From the human T2T-CHM13v2.0 reference genome, Homo sapiens, in assembly GCF_009914755.1 (NCBI RefSeq), contig NC_060938.1: a stretch of 64,000 nt of DNA. One strand, given 5' to 3'. Below the pieces are notes generated by a model. The model saw only the letters and a list, made by a program, of their open reading frames with translations, did not search any database and was not told where the DNA came from. Every line of letters begins with the position of its first letter. Position 1 is the first letter of the stretch. Of the stretch, positions 25,770-42,075 are shown in pieces. The position numbers and the translations under genes are program-made.

Positions 25770-27540
25770 CATTTTCTTGAATAAACATTTTAGAACAGTT
25801 TTAGTATTACAGAGAAACTGTGAAGATAGTGCAGAGAATTCCCATATACCCAACAGTCAGTTTTCTGTATTATTAATGTCTTAGGTTAGTATGCTACATT
25901 GTCACAGCTAATGAATCAATAATGATACATTATTACTAATTAAACTTCATAGTTTATCAGATTTCCTTAGATTTTACCTACTGTTCCATTTCTGTGTTAG
26001 GATCCCATTCAAGATACCACATCATGTTTATATGTCTGCTTAGGTTCTTCTAGTCTGTGACAGTTTCTCAGACTTTCCTTGGTTTTGGTGAGCTTGACAG
26101 CTTGACAAGTCCTCGTCAGGTATTTTATAGAATGTCCTTCAAATTGGGTTTGTCTAATGTTTTTCCTGTGGTTCAAGGGTTTTGGGAGGAAGACCACACA
26201 GGCAGGCATAGTACCACATTTCATTCCATCATGTCATATCAATTGCATAATTAGCTTTTACATGCATACATGCTATCAAAACGACCTATCACTGTTGATG
26301 TGAACCTTGATTGCATGGCTAAAATTATGTTTGTCAGATTTCTCACATAAAGTTCCTCTTCCCCTTCTTTCCATACTGTACTCTTGGGAAGGAAGTCACT
26401 GTACATAGCTCACACTTTAGTTGTGGAGAATTATGCTCTACCTCCCTGAGGGAGGTAGTATTTAGAGAAATTATTGGGAATTCCTCTGCTTGGGAGATTT
26501 GTCTATTCTCCCCCATTTATTTATTCTATCATTTATTTGTATCAGTATGGACTCATGCATATTTTATATTTTAGGTTATAATCTAATATCACATGATTGT
26601 GCTCCTCAAATTGTTTCAGATTTGGTTTTTGGGAGCTGTTTCAATAGGCTCCTGTGTCCCTTTGTGACATGCCACCCATCCTGGTGGGTTTTTGTTGTTG
26701 CATGTGTGCTTTTTAAAATCACATCCTTATTCTTTCTGGCACTAAAAGATGCCCCTGGCTCACTTTGTATATTCTTTGCCCCATCCCTAGAATCAGTTAT
26801 TTCTCCAGGGACCCTGGTTCCTTTTGTTGGAGAATGGTTTTAGAAACCAAGTTCTGGGCACTGCGTGTCCTTGTTGCTACTGAGGTGTCATTGCTTTTAG
26901 GTCTGTTCAGCTGACGGAACAGAGAAATAGGTGTATACTCACCCTTGTATATACACATATCTGTAAATATTTCTATATGTATCCATCTGTATCTATATTA
27001 AGTTGAACATGAGTTCATGCTAATGTTTTCAACTCCGATACAGTGTTACAGACCTTTTTTTACTAGCCTTTCTCCCTTGTCTGCAAACTCCTGCTCTAAC
27101 AGTGAAAAACTGGTTCCTACCACCCACCATCCATTTACTTACATGTATAGTGGTTTCAGAATTGTTAACTTGTATCCCTTATGAGAAAGAACTTTATTGG
27201 CTAGAGTTCAGTGGTTATGTGAAATTCGTTATGTAAAATTCATTTTGCCCTTAGATCTAGAGTCCATACTCATTTCTGAAGGTCCTTAAGCCAGCATCTT
27301 TTCCCTCACTTCTTTCAGTGAGGTTATTTCATGCATTTTGATACAGTTGATTCTCATGTCATAGTCTGCATTTCATATTCCACCCCAGGATCTCTTGATA
27401 CCCTAACTTTTTAAATTGCATATATTCAAGTTCTGTGTGCTATAAAGTTCTATGGGTTTTAACAAATGCTTAGTGTTCTCTGTCTACCATTATAGTATCA
27501 TAGAGAACAATTTCACTGCCCTAAAAAAAATTCTCTGATA
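25770..27540 (-). mobile_element. Old L1 3' region (L1MC/L1MD-type), antisense
   Basis: ttttagaacagttttag...gaagatagtgcagagaattcccatatacc...; ttttagaaaccaagttctgggcact; ctatgggttttaacaaatgc. Confidence 0.75.
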
Positions 27541-27570
27541 GGCCTCAACTCATCATTTGGCTTAACAGTC

Positions 27571-27652
27571 CTGCTGAGAGAGTCCTGCCAGTTGCATCTG
27601 AGAGACAGTCCTGCCAGTTGCACCTGCTGAGAGAGTCCTTCAGTTGCATCTG
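27571..27652 (+). repeat. Three copies of a 26-27 bp tandem unit (ctgctgagagagtcctgccagttgcat)
   Basis: Units at 27571, 27598 and 27624. Confidence 0.85.
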
Positions 27653-27769
27653 AAACCAGTCTGGTTTTTAATTTTACCTGATGTTCAGAAAATGCTCTCA
27701 GGCTGTCACCGGGCTGAAGAACTAGTTGGGTTGTAGCTGTGGCTGTGAATCTGGTTCCCAAGAACTGGC

Positions 27770-30419
<2,650 letters not shown>

Positions 30420-30438
30420 CGGGCAAAAATTGATTTTA

Positions 30439-30652
<214 letters not shown>

Positions 30653-31430
30653 GCTCATAAATACATTAAGATTTTATTCACAGTGTGGTGGGTGTGGTAC
30701 TCAAGGCCTTTAATGGGATTTTAATAATCCAAACCTAATTCAGTCTCCAGATGACTGTGCAATATAATGGAGATAATGCTGCTTTACTTTTCCTTACTCA
30801 GAAGGTGGTTGTGAAGGTCTGCTCAGGGTAGCCAGCGTGCCTTTCCCAACACCCTTCTTTCTGTTTTGCTGGTTCTGCTTTCTCTCATTCTCTAAACATG
30901 GCTTTGGTCCTTGATTCTTTGCTCTTTGAACTGTACAATTGTTCCTTGAGGGTCAGTCAGCTGTCTTGTGGTTCAGTTATTCCTGTGTGGATGACTCTAC
31001 CTGCAGCCCAGCCCTTTATTTTAAGTTTCAGGTCCCATTTATCTTTTTGTCACACATTTCTAATCTCCCTACAAATCAGTATTTTTAAAAACCAGAGTCA
31101 TCCCAAACCAACTGACCCTCTAGATTGCCTTACTTCTTGCAGATTTAGTCTTACCGTCTTCCAGATACTACAGCTGCCTTTGGGCTTTTCATCATCCCTT
31201 ATCCTTAGCCACCAAGTCCTGCTGAGCTTCTTTTGTAATACTTCTCTCCTGCCTCCTCCACTGCACACTTGTACCACTGAGACAGTCTCTTAATTCTGCC
31301 CAGCACCTCCAGCCCCATCTACACCCCTCTAGTTTGTCCTCCAGCATGTTGTTTTAGGACTGTTGCTAGCCTAATTATTTGAAATGAAATTTCAGTTCTT
31401 AACTTGGCATCCAAACCTTTCGTCCATTGC

Positions 31431-31470
31431 ATTTCTAGCTTTACCTTCTAATTTCTAGCTTTACCTTCTA
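31431..31470 (+). repeat. Perfect 20-bp tandem duplication
   Basis: atttctagctttaccttcta x2. Confidence 0.95.
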
Positions 31471-32130
31471 ATTCACTTAAATGAGATACAATTTAATTAA
31501 ACCATGTATTCCTTGCAGCTTCTGTGCTGTTTTCCACATCTGTCTCTTTCCCCATGTTGGCAGGGTAAATTTTAGAGGTGTAATGAAATTTGCAGGTGGA
31601 AGTTATGGGGATATAGATTGTCTTTAGCTTAATGTAAGGATGACCTTTCCAACAGAATTGCTAATGATGGGGTGGGTATCATGGAAGAAGTCTACCTGTC
31701 ATCTCCCAGGTCATCTACTGTCATCTCCCCTTTAAAGACCTCATCTTCCATATCTGCACATTTGGCTTCTCCTCTCTTTTGAAGCTGCTTGTTTCCATGT
31801 CCCATGATGCTAAACTTGGGGACTCCTCCCACCTCTCAGATTGTATTTTCTCTGGTTCTTTCTTTCACTCCTTTAGTGAATTTGCTTTTTCTTTTCTTCT
31901 TTTCCTGTGCTCTTTCTTGAAAAATTTCACTGCTCTTAGACTTAGTGTTTACCTTTTGAGAAAAATTCCCAAATGATAACCCCAGCCGTATGTTTAACTA
32001 CATGATTTGTCTTTATTTCCAACATCTTGCCAGATATTTCTATTTGAGTACTTTTGTGTCCAAATTTAAACTCATTTCTTTCCCTTTAAAACATGTTCTT
32101 TCCCTGAGTTCCCTGGCTGATTAGTGGCAA

Positions 32131-32326
32131 CAGAGATGGGCAGATCTTTCTGTAAAGGGCCAGAGAGTAATATTTTTGTCTTCATGGGCCATAAGGTCTC
32201 AATCACAGCTACTCATCTTGTAGATAATATGTAACTAAAGGGTTGTGACTGTGTTTCAGTAAAACTTTACTTATCAAAATAGGCAGCAGCTGGCATTGGC
32301 CTTTGGGCTGCTGTTTGCTGACCCTG
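32131..32326 (+). mobile_element. MER58A (hAT-Charlie)
   Basis: ttctgtaaagggccagagagtaatattt...gtgtttcagtaaaactttacttatcaaaataggcagc...gtttgctgaccctg. Confidence 0.8.
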
Positions 32327-32819
32327 ATCTAGGATACCCAGGCCCCAAACTCCATACTCCTTTGGCCTTTCCACTGCTTTTGTTTGCTCTCTTCACATGA
32401 TTATTAATTTTCACTGATTTCACCCTTAGCAAACCATTCATACTTCTAGACCATAGCTGTCTGTCTATTCATTCATCTAGTAGACAAAATCTTCCTTTTA
32501 CATGTTAATCTCTATCATTTTACATAATCAAAAACCTCTAGTGGCTCCCCTTGGCCTGCAATCTAAGGTTACAGTTCTCTGGGTGTAGCTCTTTCTGTGT
32601 TTTGCCTCCAGCCTTCTCTCTTACTCCTGTATGGACATTCCTCCAATGACACTGATCAAGTGTGTGTTCTGATATTAGTTCTATCACTTCTCACAGGTTG
32701 CTCCTGACTCAGAATGGTCTCACTTCCCACTAATTGAAACTTGCCTTCAGGCCTCAATTCAGGGTCTCACTTCCCAGGTAAAGCTTCGCCCTAGCCCAGT
32801 GATTGCTCCTCTCCTAGGG

Positions 32820-33122
32820 CTTTTTTTTTCTTTTTCTTTTTCTTTTTTTTTTTTTGAGACAGCATCTCTCTCTGTCACTTAGGCTGGAATGAAGTGGTGT
32901 GATCACTGCAGCCTCCAACTCCAGGGCTCAGGTGATCCTCCTGTTTCAGCCTCCCAAGTAGCTGGGATTACAAGCATGTACCACCACATCTGGCTAATTT
33001 TTTTTATAGAGATGGGGTCTTATTTTGTTGCTTAGGCTGTTCTGGAGCTCTGGCCTCAAGTGATCTTCCTATCTTGGCCTCCCAAAATACTGAGATTACA
33101 GATGTGAGCCGCCACACCCAGC
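32820..33122 (-). mobile_element. AluJ
   Basis: Diverged antisense dimeric Alu. Confidence 0.88.
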
Positions 33123-33279
33123 ACTGAATAGTGCTTTTGATGTTGCCACTGACCTATTCAGTTGAGACCGCATTGGGTTGTAATTTGTGGTGTTCCTCCC
33201 TCTCCATCTGAATTTTCAGAAGCTGTTAAGGACAGCCCAGTAGATGCTCAGATGTCATAGGTAAAGGTCATACATTGAA

Positions 33280-33900
33280 CTCTTTGTCTTTCCTCCAGTT
33301 CTGCTTCCCCCTTGGAGTCCCTGTCTCAGTTAATGGCACCAGGGATCATCATTGCCTTGTGATTCTGACTCCTTCTCTTTCACCTCCACCCTACCTGCAT
33401 CAGTTACGAAAAGTCCAGCTGCTGCTCCCTCCTATGTCTTTCTCCTATCTGCCCTCTCCTCTCCATCCCTTCTACTGCTGCCTTAGCTCAGGTCACCACT
33501 GTCTTTCACTCAGACCATTGGACTTGCCTTGAACATGAATTCCCACCACCAGCTTCTCTCCTCTTATAATCCCAACAGTTATGTATCGGGATCTGACATG
33601 TAGGTATGACCTTGTAACTTTCCTGATTGAAACCCCTCAGTGGCTCCCCATTGCCCTGGGATAAGGACCAGCCTGCCAGCATGTCGTGAGGCCATTATTG
33701 ATTGGATGCACTTTCCTCTGCAGTCCTATTTCTGACTTGTCTCATTTACACAGCTTACATTTGATCATCTGTAACCCCTATACATCTTCTGTGCATTTGC
33801 ACACTCCCCGTCTCTGTGTAGATGCCCCCCCTCCCCAGGTCCACTTGGAAAACCATCACCTGAATTTCTAGGCATTGTACAAACGTTCCCTCTTTTGTGG
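33280..33900 (+). mobile_element. L2 fragment
   Basis: ccctgtctcagttaatggcacc; aaacccctcagtggctccccattgccc. Confidence 0.65.
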
Positions 33901-34665
33901 AGCTTTCGTCTCCTTCCCTCCAGAAGACCAAGAGGAGTAAAGGTGTTATCATAGAATAACTGTTGGGATAGAGATATAGGCTTCATCTATTTTCTAATGC
34001 CTCCTCAGATTCAGAGTCTTCCAAAGTTTCCCTGCAGACTGAGCAATGAATAATTAAGCAAACAAGTCTCTAAAACATCTTGAAATGCTTATGTATGCTA
34101 AATATGTAGTTTTGAGTTCTTGTTTTGGTTTTGCTGGAGCTTTTGCCTTCTTCCTCCATTACAATGGATGATGAGAATCAACAATGTAGAATTATTCTCG
34201 GTTAGTTTATATCTTGTTTTTAACCTGGTATCTTCAGTGTGTTAAGACATTTTTCCTTTCTTGTGGGGGTTCCCCTGCAAAGAAGGAGGCTCACTTGTGG
34301 GGCCGATGACCACTGTCTCTAGGCAACCCAGAGAGGTGTGAAAGAAAGAAGGGGGCTGTGAGGCTGCAGGGAGTATATTCCCCATCTCCAGCCAGGGTCA
34401 CACCTGTCACTTCTGTTTAGTACCTCTTCCTAGTAAGGAGAACGTATGCTCCCTTTCTGGAAGGGTCTACTTAGCAGAAACGAGGAGTGGCGAGCTCATG
34501 TGGAAAGTGCTTTTTTGATGTGTTCTTTCATGTAGGGGACACACGGTGTGGAGGGGATGCACAATTACTCTTCTGTGGTTCCTCTTTCTTACTCCAGGGT
34601 CTCCTTTGCCATGAGGTCCCTAGGGACGTCTTATCAGAGGAGAAGAAAAGTACCTTCTTAGTTCT

Positions 34666-35009
34666 TTTTTGTTTTGTTTTGTTTTGTTTTATTATGGGGT
34701 TTCACTTTGTCACCTGGGCTCTCCGGGGTGCAGTGTTGGAATCGTGGTTCATTGCAGCCTTGACCTCCCAGGCTCAAGTGATCCTCCCACCTCAACCTCC
34801 CAAGCAGCTGGGACTACAGGTGCATGCCACCACACCTGGCTATTTTTTATTTTTTATAGAGATGAGATCTCCCTGTGTTGCGCAGACTAATCTTGAACTC
34901 CTGGACTCAAGTGATCCTCCTGCCTTGGCCTCCCAAAGTGTTGGGATTTCAGGTGTGCCTTGGCCTCCCAAAGTGTTGGGATTTCAGGTGTGAGCCACTG
35001 CAGCCAACC
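34666..35009 (-). mobile_element. AluJ with an internal perfect 35-bp duplication
   Basis: Antisense Alu; TSD ccttcttagttct at 34653-65 and 35010-22. Confidence 0.9.
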
Positions 35010-36559
35010 CCTTCTTAGTTCTGGAGAGCAGAGTCTTGCCTGGCATCCTGGTGCTATACCAAGAGTCCTCTCCTGGTTTCCAGAGAGGACATTTGACTTC
35101 TTCAGGAGAACTCACCCCACTCCTTTTGGTCCATTAGGAGCACCAGAAGCTTTGGACCTGATGGGCTGGGCTTGGTCTCTTCAGAGCCTCTGTCCTCATT
35201 CACAGAGGAGGTATCAGGTAGGCCTTCCAGCACAGAATTACATTACCTGGGAATTTAAGTGGGAGGAATTGCAGTGGAGTATTTTGAAGATCCTAAGGCA
35301 TCCTTCATTTAATTTACATTTTCGATTCTTCAGATATTGGAATCAAAGATTGAGACACACACATAACACTAGAGCACACAGTAGACCATTTCTACCTTGA
35401 GCTATCTCCTTGTTAGAGAAAAAATAGTTTTGACTGTTTGTGATTTTTTACTACGGGCAGAAAAACTTTGAAAAATTAATTTCAATGTAAAAGAGTTTTA
35501 CTTTTGCCAGATGATAACACTTCCTATGCTAGAACCTGGGGGTACTGGGATCTGACTTGAAGTAATTCTAAGTTTAAATTTATAGCAACCATGTGGGTCT
35601 GTTCAGCTGGGAGGGGAGAAATATTGCGAGCCATAAGGATGTATTTTAGAGAGTTTCTTTAGTAGTCTTCAGATGTCTACTTGCCCTGTACAAAGTTCAG
35701 AAACTGTTTAGGACTTGGAACCTTAGAATATCAGATAGAAAAGGATTGACAGGCTTAGTCTACTCTGTTTTTGAGATGCCGAAGCCAGGTGACTTCCCCT
35801 AGTGGCAGGTAGGCAATGTCAGAGTTGTGATCATGGCCTGGGGCTCTTTTCCAACCTGCTCTCTGACCTCACATAGGATCCGGATTGAGCAGGGTAAAGG
35901 GTGGACCAGTAAAGGCTTTAATCAGTAAAGTAATGACAGTGTTTTCCTTCATTTGAAACCAGTCAGATTTGATACTACTTTTCTGTTCAGTTTTTGCCAT
36001 CATTGTTTTCTGGAAGTTTTTAATCTGTAATACCTCTTAGTATGCTTTAACACATAACACCTAGTGTCATTGTTATAGAGATGAAAGTAGAAAATTAGCA
36101 GGGATGTAGTATTTGCCTATTGCAACTTCTTTTCCTTTAAACCCCTTCCCATGTCGGGGGGATACCTTGTGTGTCTGCAGCATGTGATGCTGACTCGGAC
36201 TCTCCAGGCAGCTGACTAACGGCACCTAAACTGCCTGCTGCATTTTCCCTGCCCCAGCACAGACTTGCTTAGCAGCTCCCGCCTCGGGCCCTCATTGAGA
36301 ACCATCCAGCGGCACATCAGGCTGGTGCCACTCCCAGTGGCCTTGGCAGTGAGGAGGTGAGGCGAGAGCACCCTCAGGTGCTAGTGGCACGAGTCTTGCC
36401 CAGGCTCCCAGGGGAATGAGTGGTGTGATGACCTCATGTGCCAGAAGCCAGGGCAGGCATGCTTGAGGCTGAGAGAAAGCAACAGATGGACCTCAGGCAG
36501 AAGCAGTCAGAGCAGCCTCAAGGGAGGCTGGTGCGGCACCAGCGTGGCATCTTCCCAGC

Positions 36560-36745
36560 ATCTGAATGTTGGCTTGACCTTCGCTGTTTGTGTGACCTCA
36601 CCCAATTCAGTAACCTCACTGAGCCTCCCTTTTTCCATCTGTGCAACGGTGATGGTAGTACTTCACTCTGCAAGCGGTGGAGGTGAGAGATAATATAGGT
36701 CAAGCATTTAGCAGTTGGCCAAGCTAAAGACATAGCTGTTGTTTT
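36560..36745 (+). mobile_element. MIR
   Basis: tgtgtgacctc...taacctcactgagcctccctttttccatctgtgcaa. Confidence 0.7.
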
Positions 36746-36753
36746 TGTTATTA

Positions 36754-37116
<363 letters not shown>

Positions 37117-38924
37117 TTATTCATACAAACCTGTTGGAATTTTTTTTCTTTAGGAATTTGAATGCTCATTTTTAAGCCAGACAGTTTCAGGTGGAAGAGA
37201 ATCATGAAATGCTTTATCATGTTTTTGTTATTTATCGCTAGAGTAAGACTTAGGAAAGCTATAGAAAAGAGCCATCCAGCCAAGAATTTGAATTTTGTCA
37301 ACTTCTCTATTACAGAGGTTTGCTCAAAGCCCATAGAGTCTAGATGAACCTTCTACCTTTGCCCCCAAAATTGCTTTTTTCTTTTAATATGCTAGATCCC
37401 TTTGCTTATTCCAGGCTGAAATGAATGTTATGTAGCTAGAAGTTTCCTGTCTGTGATCAATTCTAATGGCTTTTGTGAAGGGAAATGGTTGTAAATTATT
37501 ACCAGTTAATTAAATGAGTGTTTCTCTTGAGTCCTTTGTGTAGGCTTTTATCCAAGCCTGTTTAGAATCATGGAACATTACAGCTAGAATATTTTTAGAC
37601 AACTCTTGTTTCATGGACAAGGAGACTTAACCAGTGATATAAGTACTTGCCTAACTCCTGCAAAGTGATGCCAAGGAAAAGCAAACTTTGGCTGAGGGTG
37701 TAGGAGTGGCTGTGCTGGGGATCCGGTGGGTACATCAAGCTAACAGAGTATAATTTCTAAGCAGTGAGCCCTTGTCATCCATATGTCACCGGTATTCCTT
37801 GGAGCCATCTTGGAGTGCTTTTATTTTTTACAAAGTGCTATCTTGTAGGACTATTCTATAGTAAATATTACCTTTCCTATTTTTATAGGTGAGGAAATTG
37901 AGGTGGTCAGATGACCTTATTTAGCTCTTAGATCAACTCAGCAGATATGTATTGAGTGTTTACTTGGTTCAAGGAACTCTGCGAGGCTCCTTGGGAACAT
38001 AATGTCAGATCCTGCTGGAATGGAGGTTACAGACTTATTGCAAGTGATGAGATATGTGTATGAAAATGTAAGTAATTGTTCAAGGTATAGATAAGTGTTA
38101 ATAATAGTTGAGATGTGAATTTTGAGACCGGAGGGATCAATGTGAATATCAAATCCTGGCACCAGTTTCTTCCTTCTGCTGCTCATGAAGCTGTGTCATC
38201 TTCTGTGCTCGGTAACCCATCCAACCTGTAGCCCTAGGAGCTCCTCTGGGGAGTCTTGAGTACCTTGCAGTTGTCCCGACCCTGGGAGTCATTCAATAAA
38301 GGTTCAAATGAATGAATAGATAGGTGCGGTGAAGAGAGACAGGTTTTCCAAGCAGAGAACACGGCATGAGCAAATGTGTGGCTGAGTGATAGAGCCAGGA
38401 GAGGGGCCTGACTAGGACAGCAGGTTTTAAAAAGTGATTTTTTTCTTCTTTTTGTATTTTAACTTTCTAAAGTGACAATGGAAGGAAGGGAATTTTGAAA
38501 ACAAAGTTTGGATAGATTAGTGGGAAGGCAGCAAAAGGGGAGCCCAAGTGGTCCTGAAAGCCAGGTGGAGCAGGGTGTTTTATTCTGAAGACTCTCGGAG
38601 ACCAGCGGAGGCTTTAGAGGGGGAAGTTGATGAGATCAGCACTTTAGAAAAGGCTGCTTTGTTTTTGGTGGGGTGTTCCATGACTGCAGGAGAAAGGATG
38701 AGGGAGGAGGCCTGCAGTGACAGGGATCCTAGAATGATGGAGGGAACGAAGGGAAAAACAGATGGTCACGGTGCCTCAAGTCGGAGTGGCTCCAGGATTT
38801 TAAGCCTGGGAACGCAGAAGAACAGTGGTTCTAGTGATTCAGTGATGACCACTGGAAGCTTTAGGAGGAAACATGGGATTGGAGCCCTTTAAAGCTGGAA
38901 TTGGCCCCTTAGAGAGAATCTGGC

Positions 38925-39095
38925 TCAGGCTTCCCAGATGGTGGTCCGTGGTCTGGCTATATCAGAGTTACCTACAGAACTTTTAAAAACAGCAGATGCC
39001 TAGACCCCGTTCCCTTGCCCCAGAAAATTTAAAATCAGTAGATCACCTGTGGGGTCTGGGAATCTTATATTTAATCCCTTTCTGTGATTCTTTGG
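38925..39095. mobile_element. MER5-like fragment
   Basis: atcagagttacct...aaaaacagcagatgcctagacccc...aatcagtagatc...ggggtctgggaatc. Confidence 0.55.
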
Positions 39096-39989
39096 CAAAG
39101 AAGATTGAATGGCCTTCCTGATGTCGCAGATTGGTCAGGACAGAGCACCAGGACCCAGGTCTTCTCTAGCATTGCTATTACTCAGCCACAATGTGGGAGA
39201 TAGGGGATAAGTTCAGATGGGGAGGTATAGTATTTGAGGCAGCGCTGATTCATGTGAGTTCAACACTGATGGCTCTTTGAGGAAGGGGTTACTTGGCATG
39301 AGAACTCAAGGGTTAGATGGCTCTGAGGGTGCACGTTGGGAATCATTCAGTCAAGAAATGCTTTCCCGAGTGGCTGCTGCAAACCAGGCATAGGATATTT
39401 TCAGTCCACTTCGGGGACTCAAAAGTGTAGAACAGAGTAGTAGAAACAACATAGAGAACCCTAAAGGCTGAAGTTGTGTTTATGTTTTCTTCTCTGAGCT
39501 GTTTTGAGTAAATTTAGGTGTAAGTTACAATGTATGGGTTGAAATTCATTATTTTGGGTATGGATGTCCCGTTGTTCTAGCACCATTTGTTGACACTGAG
39601 TTTTTATACTTTTGTTCATTTGTCTATTTGTATAGAAGAATCACATTTTTTTAAAGACCACTGTTATCTGGGTTTCAACAAGGGCCCAGGAGTTGTTCTT
39701 TTTACCAAGAGAAGTGGTCTGTAGGGGAGGGGGTTAGTGTGTTTATTGCTCCTTGAATGACTGTTATAGTAAGAATGCTAAGTGTGTTCATTTCTATGTG
39801 GGGCTGCCCTAGACTCTGACCTCAGCTCTGTTCTATTAGACACTCTGTCAGTGCATTAGCCAATGACATAGGTAGCCTGAGGCCCTGATTTGGGGAGCCA
39901 TAAAACTGAGAAGGGGAGTGAATGAACTGACTGGATTTGCGATCCAGTGAACGCTATGACCTGGGACAAGCCAAAATATTGCAGAAAAA

Positions 39990-40370
39990 AAAAATGAAGC
40001 ACTTAGGTTTTTATGAAGGTTTTGAGCCTAACCACTGCACGAGCACAGGATGTGGGAAGCAAAGCCTTATGGCAGCTAGAAAAGATGCAGAGGTTTTAGT
40101 TCATTGCAAGCTCAGCCTGGGTCACTGGGGCTTCTCAGAGCGCCCATGTATTCTCGCTGCATTGGTAAAGGGCACTGTCACTGTCAAGATCAACGTTAAT
40201 GATAATCTTGCTCTTGCTGGTGAAAGTCAGGTCACACACTCAGCCTGACTTCACCCTTTAATGGGGGTGTGAAGAAATTGGGGCATGTCAGGAGGAAACT
40301 GACTAGAATGGTGAAGGAGGAGAAAATCATGTCCTACATGAAGTTGCTGAGAGTTTGAGATACCCAGGTC
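39990..40370 (+). mobile_element. CR1/L3 fragment
   Basis: gaaaagatgcagaggttttagttcattgcaagctc...aaattggggcatgtcaggagg...agaatggtgaagg resembles the L3 RT 3' region. Confidence 0.55.
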
Positions 40371-40374
40371 TATT

Positions 40375-41400
40375 TTATTTACTCATTTGTTCCACAAACC
40401 ATTTTCTGTCCCCTTATATGCAAGGTAGGGTCTCCTTTGGGGACAGGGCATAATGACTACAACATGATGTGGGTTCCAGCAGTAGTCTTCATAACAGGTG
40501 TGGAGTTGCCCACCTGTCTGAAAGAGGTCTGGAAAGGTCCCCCTATACAGGTGGGTCTTGAATTGATGGACAAATAGGAGTTGGACAAGTATAAAAAGGA
40601 AGAAAGGAGTTTCCAGCCAGAAAGATCACATACCCCAAATCACTAGGCAATAAGCTACAGATGGGTAATGTGTAATTTTCATAATTTTGACTATATTCCC
40701 CAGTATGCTGCTTGATCCATAATGCGTTTGGTTGCTCTCTCAGAATAAATGAAATAACATACCTCCCTGGAGAGTGTACAAGAATTAAGAGATGGGGATA
40801 CTGGTTGTATGCAGCTGCAGTGGTGGGAAGAGCTTAGGCTGAAAGGTAGGAAGGGGTTTAGTGTCTAGGGCTATGTGCTGTGCTAAAGAATTTGGACCTT
40901 ATCATGGACAGGAGAGGAAACACTGACGGTTTCTAAGTTAGGAAGCCACATGGTCAGATTTTAATTTTTGAAACATGTCACTGGCAGCAGCTGGAGGACA
41001 GTAGTCTGGAAATAGAAGGCAGCTAGAAGCCCGTTCAGGGAGGCCAGATGAACCACGGCAGTAGGAGTGGAGCAGGGGTAGATCCAGGAGAGACTTCGAG
41101 AGTGGACGTGTTGGGATCTGAGAGCGATTCAATGTACCTGCTGAGGAGCTGGGCTTCTGGCGTGGCCTACTGGGTAAATACAGGGCTCAGGAGTGAGAGG
41201 AGGGCCAGGAAAGGGTGGTGTCCTGGAAGTAAGGAATGAGAGATTCATGAAGAGGAAGATGTCAAGATCAGATGCGGCAGAGAGATCAACTGAGATGAAG
41301 ACAGACACATCTTTGTATCTGACAGTAGGACTTCATAAAAGTTGCTGGAGCTGTTTCAGTGCTGGTGGGAGGCAGGGAGGCAGACGGCAGGGGATAGCAC
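40375..41400 (-). mobile_element. L2 fragments
   Basis: ctaaagaatttggaccttatc...ttctaagttaggaagccacatggtcagattt. Confidence 0.6.
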
Positions 41401-41479
41401 GGATGTTAGAAGGCATAGAGGGATGTGATAATTGTTGTCGAATATTTGACCTATTCTCTTTGGCTGACAATTTGAATAT

Positions 41480-42075
41480 GTTTTTTGAGTGCAAGTGATA
41501 GAAACCCCTACTCAAACTGGCTAAGACAAAAGGAATTTATAGGCTCAAATAACAAAAAAAAATCCCAAAGAATCAAGCAAGGCTTGATCTAAGGGTTTAA
41601 ATGATGTTACGAAGAGCTGTTCTCTTTCTGTCCCTCAGCTCTCCCCTCTTTGTTGGCTTCATTCTGTAGCTCAGTGGGGGGACAACACAGGTGCCGGACA
41701 CTCCCAAGTTTGTGTCCTTCCAGATTGAAGTTTAGCAGAAGCGAGATCTTGTCCCTTCCTTGTAGATCCAGGATTCCTAGTTGGACCTACTTGGATTTTT
41801 GTGCTCAAACCTGAACCAGTAGATGCTGATACCGGGTAGGGAGTTGTAATTACACTGATAGCCAGAGAGAAGGAATGTGCCTGCCCCAGGCCAGCTGTGC
41901 AGAGTTCAGTCAGTGCTCTGATCTGCTAGGCCTGCTCACATGTCCACTCTGGAGTTAGGGGCAGAATCCCAGATGAGCCATTTGGACTACATGTGAGGGA
42001 GGAGTAGTTCTCAAATAAAGCTCAAGTGTTATTCCCAGAAGCTGGGATGGATGTACTAGCTAGAGACAGTGTCCA
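41480..42075 (-). mobile_element. Old MaLR solo LTR (MLT1K/L-like)
   Basis: gtgcaagtgatagaaacccctactcaaactggctaag...ggaatttataggctc...ggcttgatctaagggtttaaatgatgt. Confidence 0.6.

Noticed and set aside
34487-35400. 168-aa and 146-aa ORFs
   Set aside because: Largely antisense-Alu translations (PPALASQS motif), as are many other ORFs in the track.
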